Assembly: GCA_017649705.1 (NCBI GenBank)
Contig: JAGCGH010000081.1
Span: 206-64,205, forward strand
Source of the DNA: a bacterium
GTDB lineage: Bacteria; Auribacterota; UBA3054
Length of the DNA: 64,000 nucleotides
Direction: 5' to 3'
Notes under the pieces: generated by a model
Databases searched by the model: none
What the model was told of the DNA's origin: nothing
The model's input: only the letters and a program-made list of their open reading frames with translations
Part shown: piece after piece, positions 15,867 to 25,965 of the stretch
Layout: each line of letters opens with the position of its first letter
How positions within the stretch are numbered: the first letter of the stretch is position 1
Position numbers and translations under genes: made by a program

Positions 15867-18581
15867 ATGATAGAAGTCCTGAAAACCTTGCCTCCCCGCC
15901 GCCAAGTCATAAGAGACCTGGCAGATGAACTCCTGTCCAGACACCGGACCGGAAGGCTCCTGGACTTATCCGAATATACGCTTCTGCTTCCCGGCCAGCG
16001 CGCCGGCAGAAGGTTCCTGGAGATACTATCCGAGATCTGCGCCAAAGAAAAGCTGCTCTTCCTGCCCCCGAAGACTGAGACCGACGTCTCTTTCCTGCGC
16101 GCCGTCGCCAGAGACTTCTCCGGCCCTTCCCTCGCCTCCCCCTTCGAAGTCCGGGACGTCTGGCGGAAAGCCCTCGACGCCGAACGCGGCCGTCTGGAAA
16201 AAGTCTTTGCCTTGAGATCCGAGGGAACGGACATCCCGGAAAGCGTGCTCATAAGCTTCAGCGAGCGTTTAGAGGAACTGAGAAAAGATCTGGCTTTGAA
16301 TCTTGTCAGCTGCCGCAAGGTCAGGGAAGCGCTCGCCGACCTGGCCGGGGAAAGGGAAAGCGAACGCTGGGAGGAATTGGAAGAACTTTTCGCGCGCTAT
16401 CTCGGGGAACTTGAGAAAAGCGGGCTGAAAGACGAGTGCCTATCTCTTGAAGATTGCCTTAATTCACCGCCCGGCGAAAAAAGAAAGTTGTATGTCATCG
16501 GCTACCGCGAAAGGATTCCTCTTCTGGAAGCGCTCTACGAAAGGCCGGACTTCGACGTCAGCGTCGTGGCGGTCGGCGAAGGCTGGTTCGACGAAAAAGG
16601 GCTTCTCAAAAATGACGCTGCCTTCCCTCCCCTGGCCGCCAAGCCTGAGGCGGTGAAGATCTTTGCCGATCCGACGGCGGAGGCGGAAGGAGTCTTCGCG
16701 AAACTTAGAGAGCTTTCCCCCAACGGAGAACTGTCCTGCGGCGACGTGACCATAGCGACCCAGGACGGCGATCTTGTTCCTTTCTTGAAAGAGTTCGGAA
16801 GCGCCGCCAAAGTCCAGATACACGAAGCCTCCGGACGGCCTTTCGCGGAAACGGAAGCAGGCTTGTTCCTGCGATCCCTCGCGGAATTGTTGGAAAAAGC
16901 TGACGTCTTCGCCTACTTGAGGGCGCTGCGCCTGCCCTGCCTGGAACGGGCCGTGACGAAAGGCCATCTCGAGGACTTCCTGCCCGGCTGGCTGGACAGT
17001 CTGGAAAAAACGTTGGGCGAATATCCCAAGGACTGGATGTTCGCCAAGACCGGCAACGAAACGGCGAAACAAGTTTTCGATTGGCTGGAAGCGCTCATCG
17101 CGCCCTGGCGTCAGGAAAAGTCGAAACAAGAATGGCTGTCGGTTTTCAGGGAAACGCTCTTGAAGATTCTGCCCGGCCAAACCCCCGAGGACGCCTCGGC
17201 CTGGGAAAAATTGGCGGAGTACGCCGAAGCCTTGGCTTCCTCGAGAGTCCGGGAAGGGAAAATTACCGGGCTCGCCTTCCTGAAACGGCTCTCCAAAGCC
17301 GCGCGCAATATTCATATCGCTTCCCAAACTGAAACGAACGCCCTTGACCTTACGGGCTGGCTGGAAGTTTTCCTCGACGACTCACCGGTCATAATTATCT
17401 GCGACCTTAACGAAGACATACTCCCGAAGAGAGAAGCCGCCGACCTTTTCCTGCCGGACCAGCTCAAAACGCGGCTGGGCATGACGAATTGCGAAGACAT
17501 AATGAGAAGAGACCGCTATTTTTTGAGGACCCTCGCGGACCCCGCCGCGGAGACCTGCCTCTTCTCCTGCAAGCAGTCACTGAACGGCTTCTTCCGGGAT
17601 CTTTCCCCGCTGCTTTGCGACGAGAGCGAGAGCGTTCGCGACAGGGCCGAATATATCAGGAAGTTCTACTCCGAAAGTTCGGCCGGTGAAAAAAGTCTCT
17701 TTCCTTCTTTCTTCCTGCCCAAGCCCCCGGGGGAAGAACTCAGCCTTCATATCAGGGAAAAGCTGGAGCGAAGCCTCGGGCGCGTCAGCGTGTCAAGGCT
17801 CAACGATTTCCGGGAATGTCCTTTCAAGTTCGCCCTGCGTCAGCTGGGAGTGGATGGAAAAGACAGGATCTACAACGAACTGCCTCCGCTTTTTTTGGGC
17901 AACATCGCCCACGAGGTGATGGAGCTTTTCGCCAAAGCGAAGATCGAAGGCCGCGTGGGCTCCGATCCGGAAGAATGCGAAAAATTTCTGGCCGCATCCC
18001 TGGAATCCGTAAAACGCCGGGAACTGACCGGTTTTCCGCCCGCCCTGGCGGATTTCCAGCTTGATCAGCTAAGCAGAAAATTCGGGCCCTTCTCTTTGGA
18101 GCACTGCCGGCGCGAAGAGGAAGGCTGGCGGATAGTACAGGCGGAGGAGAAGCTGGAAAAGGATATTGACGGGATAGTCCTCACCGGGCGTCTCGACAGG
18201 CTGGATCAGAAAGGCGAAAATGAATTCTGCGTCGTGGACTACAAGACCGGATCAACCGCGAAAAAGCCAAAAGACCTGGAAGAGGATCTGCAGATGAGCT
18301 CCTACGCCGCGCTACTGGAGGAGCGTTACCCTAAATCCTCCTGGCGCTCCTCCTTCGTGAATTTCAGCGGCGAAAAACGGCAGCCCTGTTTCTATCTCGA
18401 GCGGGAGCTTGAAACGCCCATGATCAGGCTGCGGGCCGTGCTGGCGGATATCCGGGAAAGTTCTTTCGGGAACGTTTACGATCCGAAAAACAAAAGCTGC
18501 GGCAAATGTCCCTACCGTTTCTTCTGCGAAATGTCCGCGGAGGAACGCTTCGCTTCCGTGGAGGAACTGCTATGCCGGTGA
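15867..18581 (+). CDS. addB: AddB/RexB-like PD-(D/E)xK nuclease subunit with a C-terminal Fe-S cysteine cluster
   Basis: 904 aa. C-terminal nuclease region with CPFKFALRQL … DYKTGS … CGKCPYRFFCE. Its stop overlaps the start of the downstream helicase-nuclease by 10 nt. Confidence 0.55.
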   Translation: MIEVLKTLPPRRQVIRDLADELLSRHRTGRLLDLSEYTLLLPGQRAGRRFLEILSEICAKEKLLFLPPKTETDVSFLRAVARDFSGPSLASPFEVRDVWRKALDAERGRLEKVFALRSEGTDIPESVLISFSERLEELRKDLALNLVSCRKVREALADLAGERESERWEELEELFARYLGELEKSGLKDECLSLEDCLNSPPGEKRKLYVIGYRERIPLLEALYERPDFDVSVVAVGEGWFDEKGLLKNDAAFPPLAAKPEAVKIFADPTAEAEGVFAKLRELSPNGELSCGDVTIATQDGDLVPFLKEFGSAAKVQIHEASGRPFAETEAGLFLRSLAELLEKADVFAYLRALRLPCLERAVTKGHLEDFLPGWLDSLEKTLGEYPKDWMFAKTGNETAKQVFDWLEALIAPWRQEKSKQEWLSVFRETLLKILPGQTPEDASAWEKLAEYAEALASSRVREGKITGLAFLKRLSKAARNIHIASQTETNALDLTGWLEVFLDDSPVIIICDLNEDILPKREAADLFLPDQLKTRLGMTNCEDIMRRDRYFLRTLADPAAETCLFSCKQSLNGFFRDLSPLLCDESESVRDRAEYIRKFYSESSAGEKSLFPSFFLPKPPGEELSLHIREKLERSLGRVSVSRLNDFRECPFKFALRQLGVDGKDRIYNELPPLFLGNIAHEVMELFAKAKIEGRVGSDPEECEKFLAASLESVKRRELTGFPPALADFQLDQLSRKFGPFSLEHCRREEEGWRIVQAEEKLEKDIDGIVLTGRLDRLDQKGENEFCVVDYKTGSTAKKPKDLEEDLQMSSYAALLEERYPKSSWRSSFVNFSGEKRQPCFYLERELETPMIRLRAVLADIRESSFGNVYDPKNKSCGKCPYRFFCEMSAEERFASVEELLCR

Positions 18582-21505
18582 TATCTAACAGCGCCATCAT
18601 CGCCTCCGCCGGCACGGGCAAGACTTTCCGCCTGGCCAAACGCTATATCAAGCTCCTGAGCCTGGGCGTCCGCCCCTCGGAGATAGTGGCGCTCACTTTC
18701 ACCAACGCCGCGGCCCACGAAATGCTCCAGCGCATCCTGCTGGATCTGGCTAACGCCGTCCTCAGCGAAAAACACCTGCGGGATCTTTACGCTTCCGCCG
18801 GTTTGGACGGCGTCCCCAGCAAGGAGGAATGCGAAAAATGGCTGGAGCTTCTCATAAGGGAACTGCCTTTTGCCAAAATCTCCACCTATGACAGTTTCTT
18901 CTACAAGCTGCTGCGCTGTTTCGCTTTCGACCTCGGTTTGGATCCCACCGTGGAGATCCTTGACAAAAAGTTCCAAAACCAATTTCTGAAAGACGCCCTG
19001 GACGAACTTCTGGTCCTGAAAAGCAGGGATCCGGCCAGACTTTTCTCCCTTCTGGCCTCGCTGAGCGAAGACAACGAGCTGCGCCGAGCCACCAAAACGA
19101 TCCTGGAGGCGCTTGGGAAGCTGGCTGAACAGAGCCTCTCCATTCCTCCGGAAACCGTGGCGAGAATACGGCTCAGCTCCCCTGTGTCAGACTTCGAGCC
19201 GAAGGAGCTGCACACTTCTCTTCCTAAGAAAAAAAGCGTTCTGGAAACGCTTTTCAACGCTGTTTCCAAAGCGGCGGCTACCGGGAAATGCTCCGATCTT
19301 ACCAGTAAAAATTCCCAGGTCAGAAAGCTCCTCGAGGACGGCAAGCCGGACTGGTCCAATATCGACGATTTGATGCTGACAGAGGAGTCGCTGGAGGATC
19401 TGAAAAACATGCTGCGCTACCTCGGCACCCGCGAGATCATGAAAAGGCGCGGCGAAACGGCGGCGGCCTACGAGCTGGCCCGGGATTTCCAGAAAGTCCT
19501 GCTGGCCCTTAAATTCGAGCGGAATCTCTTCACCTTCTCGGACGTCTCCCTGGCCGTCTCGAAGCTTCTGGCGATCCCGGAGATCGGACTGGAGGTTTAT
19601 TTCCGTCTCAACACCGGCATCAGCCATTTTCTGATCGACGAGTTCCAGGACACCTCCTGGCAGCAATGGGAGATCATGAGCCCCCTGGCGGATGAAGCGA
19701 TCTCAGACGATGAAAAAAGTCTTTTCGTGGTCGGCGACGTCAAGCAATCAATCTACAGCTGGCGCGGCAGCTCCCCGGAGATCTTCAACAAATTCCTCGA
19801 ACGTTACGAGGAGGGATTCGAAACGGAACAGCTCTTCAAAAGCTTCCGCTCCGTTCCGGATGTCCTGACCATGGTCAACCGGATCTTCGCCCTGCCCTGT
19901 TTCGCCGACTGGGTCAAGGATGTCCGCTACCGGGAGCATATTTCCGCTGTAGGCGGATCAGGCTTCGCTTCCATAAGTTTCGTCGAGGACTCGAAAGAAA
20001 TTTTTGAGGCGGCGGTCAAACCTTTGGAGGAGATCGCTCCCTGGAAACGCGGCCTTTCTTCCGCCGTCCTTTGCCGGAAAAACGACCAGGTGGAAGAGGT
20101 GCTCGCGCTGCTGAAAGAACGGGGCATCCCCTGCGCCACGACCTCCAACGTCACCATAAAGGAATATCCCGAGACCAGGATCTTGCAGGCCTTTTTGCGC
20201 TGCCTGTCCGATCCCGGCGACACGCTTTCCCTCTTCATTCTTAGGAATTCTCCCCTGAGGTCGCTCTTCCCGGAAGACGACCTCGGGGAAACGCTTTCCG
20301 GCTGGAGAAGGCGGCTTCTCAGGGACGGCGTTTTCGAAACGGTCTCACGCCTGCTGGCGGCCTGGAAGGAGGACGCCGATCCCGCCGAAGCACGGAGCGT
20401 TTCCCGGAATCTTTCCGACTTCATGCAGGCGGTCGCCGCCTACAAGGGTTGTCCGAACGACTTGGAAGGCCTGATGGATTACCTTGAAAACTACGAGCAC
20501 CCCCGCGAGAAAGTCGACACCGGGAAAGTTATCGTCTCCACTATCCACACGGCCAAAGGCCTCACCTACGACATGGTCGTGGTGCCGGTAAAAGATCTTC
20601 CTCTCAGCGAGATCAAACCGGGCAGCTATCTTAAGGGCGAGATCCCTTCCAAAGGCTTCGAGCGGCCGCGAGTGTCGACTTTCATCAAGAAATGCAACAA
20701 GGTCGCCTATTTCGCTTCCGAAGAATATTACGATCTGGAAAGAGAGCTTCTTGACAAAAATTACCTGGAAAACTGCAATCTTTTCTACGTGGCCCTTACC
20801 AGGGCTTCCAAAGCGCTCTATATCGTCTGCGACAAGTCAAAATCCGAATTAAAGTTCAATTCCCATCTGCAGGCGCTGGAAGGCTACGTCGGAAAGAGCG
20901 ACTGGTACGAAAAAGAAGCGTCTGAAAATACTCCCGCCGAAGGGCAGGCGGAAACCTTCCTCTCACCTGTCTTCAACGGCAGGCTGACCAGAAGGCGCCA
21001 AACTGTCTCGCCTTCTCTAATCGCTCACGAAGGAAGCGAAGGGGAAGCGGCGGCTGGCTTCGCTGCGCCGGACCTGGGAAGGGAAGCGGCCATGCGGCGC
21101 GGCAGCGCTATCCACGCTTATTGCGAAAGCATCCTATGGCTCGACGGCGAGATCTCGGAACCCGCGGATCTTCCCAAGGAGGAGGCCGCGGAAGCCAAGG
21201 CGGTCATTGACGCTTACATCGCCAGGCATCCCGAGAACGTTTTCGTAAAGCCCGCGGAGGAATGCGAAGTCAGGCGCGAGATGCCCTTCATGTTCCTCAG
21301 GGATGACAAGCTTATAAAAGGCATCATGGACAGAGTGCATTTCTTCCCATGTGCGCAGGATCCAAAGAAGATCGTCGTTTACGATTTCAAGACCGGCAGC
21401 GAGCACGAGGAGAATGAGAAGCAGATCGACCTTTACGTGAGCGTTTTGAAGGAGTCCTTCGGGATAGAGGACGTCAGGGGCGAGCTGATCTACCTGGAGA
21501 AATAA
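18572..21505 (+). CDS. addA: AddA/RexA-like UvrD-family helicase with a C-terminal PD-(D/E)xK nuclease
   Basis: Walker A motif SAGTGKTF a few residues after MPVISNSAIIA. UvrD-like motifs are LIDEFQDTS, VGDVKQSIYSWRGS and LYVALTRASKALYIV. The C-terminal nuclease is …VYDFKTGS…ELIYLEK. The ATG at 18572 overlaps the addB stop (ATGCCGGTGA). Confidence 0.7.
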   Translation: MPVISNSAIIASAGTGKTFRLAKRYIKLLSLGVRPSEIVALTFTNAAAHEMLQRILLDLANAVLSEKHLRDLYASAGLDGVPSKEECEKWLELLIRELPFAKISTYDSFFYKLLRCFAFDLGLDPTVEILDKKFQNQFLKDALDELLVLKSRDPARLFSLLASLSEDNELRRATKTILEALGKLAEQSLSIPPETVARIRLSSPVSDFEPKELHTSLPKKKSVLETLFNAVSKAAATGKCSDLTSKNSQVRKLLEDGKPDWSNIDDLMLTEESLEDLKNMLRYLGTREIMKRRGETAAAYELARDFQKVLLALKFERNLFTFSDVSLAVSKLLAIPEIGLEVYFRLNTGISHFLIDEFQDTSWQQWEIMSPLADEAISDDEKSLFVVGDVKQSIYSWRGSSPEIFNKFLERYEEGFETEQLFKSFRSVPDVLTMVNRIFALPCFADWVKDVRYREHISAVGGSGFASISFVEDSKEIFEAAVKPLEEIAPWKRGLSSAVLCRKNDQVEEVLALLKERGIPCATTSNVTIKEYPETRILQAFLRCLSDPGDTLSLFILRNSPLRSLFPEDDLGETLSGWRRRLLRDGVFETVSRLLAAWKEDADPAEARSVSRNLSDFMQAVAAYKGCPNDLEGLMDYLENYEHPREKVDTGKVIVSTIHTAKGLTYDMVVVPVKDLPLSEIKPGSYLKGEIPSKGFERPRVSTFIKKCNKVAYFASEEYYDLERELLDKNYLENCNLFYVALTRASKALYIVCDKSKSELKFNSHLQALEGYVGKSDWYEKEASENTPAEGQAETFLSPVFNGRLTRRRQTVSPSLIAHEGSEGEAAAGFAAPDLGREAAMRRGSAIHAYCESILWLDGEISEPADLPKEEAAEAKAVIDAYIARHPENVFVKPAEECEVRREMPFMFLRDDKLIKGIMDRVHFFPCAQDPKKIVVYDFKTGSEHEENEKQIDLYVSVLKESFGIEDVRGELIYLEK

Positions 21506-21513
21506 TATTTTTG

Positions 21514-23580
21514 TCAGATCCTGCGGCTGAACTGCAGGAGATAGAGGTCGTAGTAGGCGCCTTTCTTGGCCATCAGTTCCGCGTGGCTGCCCCTTTCTAT
21601 GATCTTGCCGTCGTCCAGAACGAAGATCTCGTCCACCTTGTGGATGGTCGAGAGGCGGTGGGCCACGATCATGCTTGTACGCCCGATCATCAGTTTGTCG
21701 ATGGCGTCCTGGATCAAATGCTCGGTGGCCGGGTCCACGTTGCTGGTGGCTTCGTCCAGGATCAGTATCCTGGGATCATGCGCCAGAGCCCTGGCGAAGC
21801 ACAGGAGCTGTTTTTCGCCGGCGGAGAGCGTGGCTCCGCGTTCCGCCATCACTTCGTCGTAGCCTTTGGGCAGTTTCTCGATGAACTGGTTGGCGCAGAC
21901 GGTCTCGGCGGCCTTGATGGCTTTCTCCCTGGTGATGGTCGGGTCTCCCAGGGCGATGTTCTCATAGATGGAGCGGCTGAAGACGAAGGTTCCCTGCAAG
22001 ACGATGGAGATGTGCTTCCTCAATTCCTCGTTGGACCAATCTTTGACGTTCACGCCGTCTAAGAGCACCTCCCCCTTGTTGGCGTCGTAGAAGCGGCAGA
22101 CCAGGTTTATAAGGGAGGATTTCCCGGCGCCGGTGGGGCCCACGACGGCGATGCTCTTGCCGGGCTCGATCTTGAAGGAGACGTCTTTCAGGACCTGCTC
22201 GTCCTCGATGTAGGAGAAGTCCACGTTCCGGAATTCCACTTCGCCTTTCGGATCAGGGACTATCACAGGATTTTCCGGCTGGGCTACTTCGTTCTTGGTG
22301 TCGAGAAGCGTGAAACTCCTTTCCAAAGATGACAAACTGGTTTGAAGCTGAGTTATTTGACCGCTTATTTGAGTGATAGGATTATAAAGATTGTCTAAAT
22401 AAGTAATAAAAGCCATTAATGAGCCAAGAGTAAGATTGCCTTTCAGCACACAAACACCGCCATATAAAACAACAAGTGCGGTTCCAAAATGCTTAAGAAG
22501 ATCAAGGGCAGGACCAAAAATGCCCATATAAATAACGTTTTTAAACCCTACTTTATAATAAACGTTATTTATAATGACAAACATATCCCTCATACGCTTC
22601 TGCTGATTAAAAGATTGAATAATCTTAATACCAGAAAAAACTTCTATCAAACTTCCATTTATTCCAGATAGCATCCTACGTAATTCTCTTTGAACTTTTC
22701 TCATCATTATTCTAAAGAAAAAAGTAATTAAAACGCAAAAAGGGAGAAGTGTAAGAGCAATCAATGAAAGTCTCCAGTTAATGAAAAAAACAATAATTAA
22801 AGAGCCGACAAACATTGTAACGCTAACTAACATTTGGACAGCTACCGTAGACAGCATTGTATTAATAGCCTCAATATCGTTCGTAACTCTTGTGACAAGG
22901 CTGCCGATAGGAGTTCTGTTGTAAAGGGAAACAGATAGACTCTGAAGATGATTGAATAGCTCCATTCTAAGAGTGTACATCGTGCGCTGGCTGGCTACTT
23001 CAAGCGTAAGTCTATGGAAATAATCGGCAAAAGCACGAATTATAAGAACTATTAAAAAAAAGAGAAACATCCTCTTCAAGCCTTTAATATCCGTGCCCCT
23101 TATCTTAGTCAGCAGCATGGGGTCGATGTCCGCGAACTGGCTGTCCGGCACGAACCAGTTGCCGCCGTAAACGAAGCCGTGGGTCCCGTCGTAATCAACT
23201 TCCGGGAAGACGTAGTGGTTCTCGCCCTTGTCCTTTATGGAGTCGCTGATGTCCTTGTTCTTTTCCAAAAAACTCATGGGTACGGCGAGGGTGTCGCCGC
23301 CGGCCTTGATGGAAACTTCGGAAAGTTCGGGATATTTATTGAGGACTTCCTGATCGGGCTTTGCGAAGGTGTATAAGGGAACGAGATAGTTGTCTATGCT
23401 CTTCCTGTAGATGTTCGGCGTGATGAGCTGGGTGGCCGAAGAAAGCGCCAGAAAGAGCAGCGCCAGGAAGATGTAGAGCTTCTGGGGAGAGGCGTAGCCC
23501 AAAAAGCGCCTGATATAGCTTATATCAAAGCCGCTTTTATACTGGGCTTCCGAATCAAAATCATGATGATCGTGACTCAT
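21514..23580 (-). CDS. ABC exporter, fused TMD-NBD half transporter with an unusual ~100-aa extracytoplasmic insert after TM1
   Basis: Walker A GPTGAGKSS, signature LSAGEKQ and Walker B ILILDEAT. Six TM helices. The central ~800 nt (about 22300-23110) is conspicuously AT-rich, with A/T-ending codons. Confidence 0.8.
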   Translation of the reverse strand: MSHDHHDFDSEAQYKSGFDISYIRRFLGYASPQKLYIFLALLFLALSSATQLITPNIYRKSIDNYLVPLYTFAKPDQEVLNKYPELSEVSIKAGGDTLAVPMSFLEKNKDISDSIKDKGENHYVFPEVDYDGTHGFVYGGNWFVPDSQFADIDPMLLTKIRGTDIKGLKRMFLFFLIVLIIRAFADYFHRLTLEVASQRTMYTLRMELFNHLQSLSVSLYNRTPIGSLVTRVTNDIEAINTMLSTVAVQMLVSVTMFVGSLIIVFFINWRLSLIALTLLPFCVLITFFFRIMMRKVQRELRRMLSGINGSLIEVFSGIKIIQSFNQQKRMRDMFVIINNVYYKVGFKNVIYMGIFGPALDLLKHFGTALVVLYGGVCVLKGNLTLGSLMAFITYLDNLYNPITQISGQITQLQTSLSSLERSFTLLDTKNEVAQPENPVIVPDPKGEVEFRNVDFSYIEDEQVLKDVSFKIEPGKSIAVVGPTGAGKSSLINLVCRFYDANKGEVLLDGVNVKDWSNEELRKHISIVLQGTFVFSRSIYENIALGDPTITREKAIKAAETVCANQFIEKLPKGYDEVMAERGATLSAGEKQLLCFARALAHDPRILILDEATSNVDPATEHLIQDAIDKLMIGRTSMIVAHRLSTIHKVDEIFVLDDGKIIERGSHAELMAKKGAYYDLYLLQFSRRI

Positions 23581-25355
23581 TTCCCCTCCTCGATGACGGC
23601 GCTCTGAAGCATATAGAGCTCCTTATAATAGGGCGAGCGTTCCTTCAGCTCCTCGTGGGTGCCGATGTCCTCTATTTTCCCGTTGTTCAGAACGATGGTG
23701 CGGTCGGCGTTCTTCACGGCGGAGAGGCGGTGCGCTATTATGATGTTGGTGGCGCCTCCTCTCAAAGTTCCAAGCTCCTTCAGGATCTCGCTCTCGGTCT
23801 CCGCGTCCACCGCGGAAAGGGCGTCGTCCAGGACCAGTATCCTGGGTCTCAAGGACAGGGCCCTGGCGATGGCGATCCTCTGTTTCTGTCCGCCGGACAA
23901 GGTGACGCCTCTCTCCCCCACCCAGGTGTCGTAGCCGTCCTTGAAGCGCATGATGTCGTCGTGGATGAAGGCTTTCTTGGCCCAGTAGACGACTTCCTCG
24001 TCGTCCATTTCAGGCCTGGCGAAACGGATGTTATCCTTTATGGTCATGCTGAAGAGGAAGGGCTCCTGGGGCACGTAGCCGTAGACGCCCCTCAGCTCGT
24101 CCAGCCTGTATTCCGAAACGTCCCTGCCGTTCAGCAGGACCGTTCCCTTGGGCGGCGAATAGAGCCGCATGCAAAGGTCCACCAAGGTCGTTTTGCCGCA
24201 GCCGGTGCGTCCGACTATTCCGAGCGTCTCCCCTTCCGCCACGTGGCAGGTGATGTTTTCCAGAGCGTTCTTTACGGCGCCGGGATACTTGTAAGTGAGG
24301 TCCTTTATTTCAAGGAGAGTCTTCCCCTTCACCTTTTCCTTTCCGTCCTTGATGGCGCTCTCCTCGTCCAGGATGGTCTGGATCCTTTCCGAACTGGCGC
24401 AGCCTCTCTCCAGGTGGTTGATGACTTCGCTGATGGCGATCATGGGCCAGGTCATGGTCCCCAGGTACATGTAGAATTTCGTGAAGGTGCCCAGGGGCAT
24501 CTCGCCCATGATGATCCTTTTTCCGCCGAACCACAGCAGAAGCGCCATGCAGAGGTTGGAGACCACCATGATGAGAGGGCCCATCATGGCCCACTTCCTG
24601 ACCAGGGCGATGCTGTTGTCCACGTAGGCTCTCCCCTCTTTGCCGAAGGAATCAAGGGAGGCCTCCTCGTCGCCATAGGCTTTGACCACCATGATGCCGG
24701 CGAAGATCTCCTGGGCTCTTTCGTTCATGGCGGAAAAGGCCTCCTGGACTTTGCCGAACAAAACTCTTATCTGCCGGCCGATTATCCTGACCACCACCAT
24801 GATGATGGGCGCGGGGATGAGCACCAGGAGCGCCAGTTTCCAGTTTTCCGTCAGCATCAGAACGATGATGGCGCTGCCCATGACCAGGGAGTCCGCCCCC
24901 GCCAGCATGCCGAAGGCCACGGAGTGCTCCACCGCCTGCACGTCGTTGGTCATGTGCGCGGTCAGATCCCCCACCCTGTGCTTGTCGAAATACTCGGGCG
25001 GCATGGTCTGCAGATGGTCGAAGATCTTCTGCCTCAAGTCGCGGTTTATTTTCAGGCCCACGCCGGAAAAACAATAGCGCCACAAAAAGCGGAAAAAGAT
25101 GCCGCAGGTCATGATCCCGATCATAGTGAGGCACAGTCTCGTAAGGAGCTCCCTGGTGGCCGTGCCGTCGGACAAAGCGTCGAAAGCCTGCCCGATGAAG
25201 CGCGGCATCAGAAGCACCGCCATATCGATGCAGGCCAGGCCCAATACGCCTATTAGGAAGCGGTAGCGGTACTGCCAGACATAGCCCAGCAGGATCTTCA
25301 TGCCCGCTTTGGTTATCTTATCACCCTGGGATCCGCCGTGAAAATGTGGAGGCAT
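23577..25355 (-). CDS. ABC exporter, fused TMD-NBD half transporter (probable heterodimer partner)
   Basis: Walker A GRTGCGKTT, signature LSGGQKQR and Walker B ILVLDDALSAVD. There is a 4-nt overlap with the downstream ABC gene. Confidence 0.8.
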   Translation of the reverse strand: MPPHFHGGSQGDKITKAGMKILLGYVWQYRYRFLIGVLGLACIDMAVLLMPRFIGQAFDALSDGTATRELLTRLCLTMIGIMTCGIFFRFLWRYCFSGVGLKINRDLRQKIFDHLQTMPPEYFDKHRVGDLTAHMTNDVQAVEHSVAFGMLAGADSLVMGSAIIVLMLTENWKLALLVLIPAPIIMVVVRIIGRQIRVLFGKVQEAFSAMNERAQEIFAGIMVVKAYGDEEASLDSFGKEGRAYVDNSIALVRKWAMMGPLIMVVSNLCMALLLWFGGKRIIMGEMPLGTFTKFYMYLGTMTWPMIAISEVINHLERGCASSERIQTILDEESAIKDGKEKVKGKTLLEIKDLTYKYPGAVKNALENITCHVAEGETLGIVGRTGCGKTTLVDLCMRLYSPPKGTVLLNGRDVSEYRLDELRGVYGYVPQEPFLFSMTIKDNIRFARPEMDDEEVVYWAKKAFIHDDIMRFKDGYDTWVGERGVTLSGGQKQRIAIARALSLRPRILVLDDALSAVDAETESEILKELGTLRGGATNIIIAHRLSAVKNADRTIVLNNGKIEDIGTHEELKERSPYYKELYMLQSAVIEEGK

Positions 25356-25361
25356 AAAAGG

Positions 25362-25964
25362 TCAGCGGCGGTTGCGGTAAAGGTTGGGATCGACCACGGC
25401 CTTCATGGCCTCCTCGTCGAGTTTGCCGCCCACGAAAACGTTTATCCTGGGGATCCAGTCGGCGGGGTCGCGCATAAGGTCGTTGTAGTTGACAAAAAAG
25501 ACTGTAAAGCAAGGATTGGCGTCCAGAAAGGACAGCACTTCGCTCAAATGCCTGTGATATGTCGTGATCATCTCCTCGTCGGAAACTTTGTCGGTCGCCT
25601 CGCCCCGGCGCACAAGCATCCGCTTTTGGGAAGCCAGGATCTCCTCGATGTCCCGGCGCATGAAGAGCACCTTGTAGCGGTAGCCCTTCAGGGGAAGCTT
25701 CGTCAGCAGCAGGGCGATTATTTTGACCGCCTTCCCTTTCGCCTCGGGAAGCCAGGCGGTGTCCTTGGGAAGTTTTTTCACCCGCTCGAATTCGTAGTAG
25801 CCCTTGGGGTTGTCTTCGTCCGCGGTCCTGATGTTGTCCTGGAGAGGAGGAATTCCTCCCGCTTCCAGCATCTTCATCATCATGGAGGTGCCGGAGCGCG
25901 GCAGCCCGGAGACCACCGTGATCTCGGGAGAGATGATGTTTTTCAAAAACGAAAGGAAAGCCAT
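25362..25964 (-). CDS. Sulfotransferase-family protein (cytoplasmic, PAPS-binding-like motif)
   Basis: 200 aa. N-terminal 5'-PSB-like motif VVSGLPRSGTSMM. Small Stf0-like architecture. Confidence 0.55.
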   Translation of the reverse strand: MAFLSFLKNIISPEITVVSGLPRSGTSMMMKMLEAGGIPPLQDNIRTADEDNPKGYYEFERVKKLPKDTAWLPEAKGKAVKIIALLLTKLPLKGYRYKVLFMRRDIEEILASQKRMLVRRGEATDKVSDEEMITTYHRHLSEVLSFLDANPCFTVFFVNYNDLMRDPADWIPRINVFVGGKLDEEAMKAVVDPNLYRNRR

Positions 25965-25965
25965 T

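Noticed and set aside
18506-18571. Track start of the addA-like ORF at 18506 (MSLPFLLRNVRGG…)
   Set aside because: The Walker-A region begins right after an internal ATG at 18572, which overlaps the addB stop in the typical coupled arrangement. The upstream 22 codons lie inside addB in another frame.
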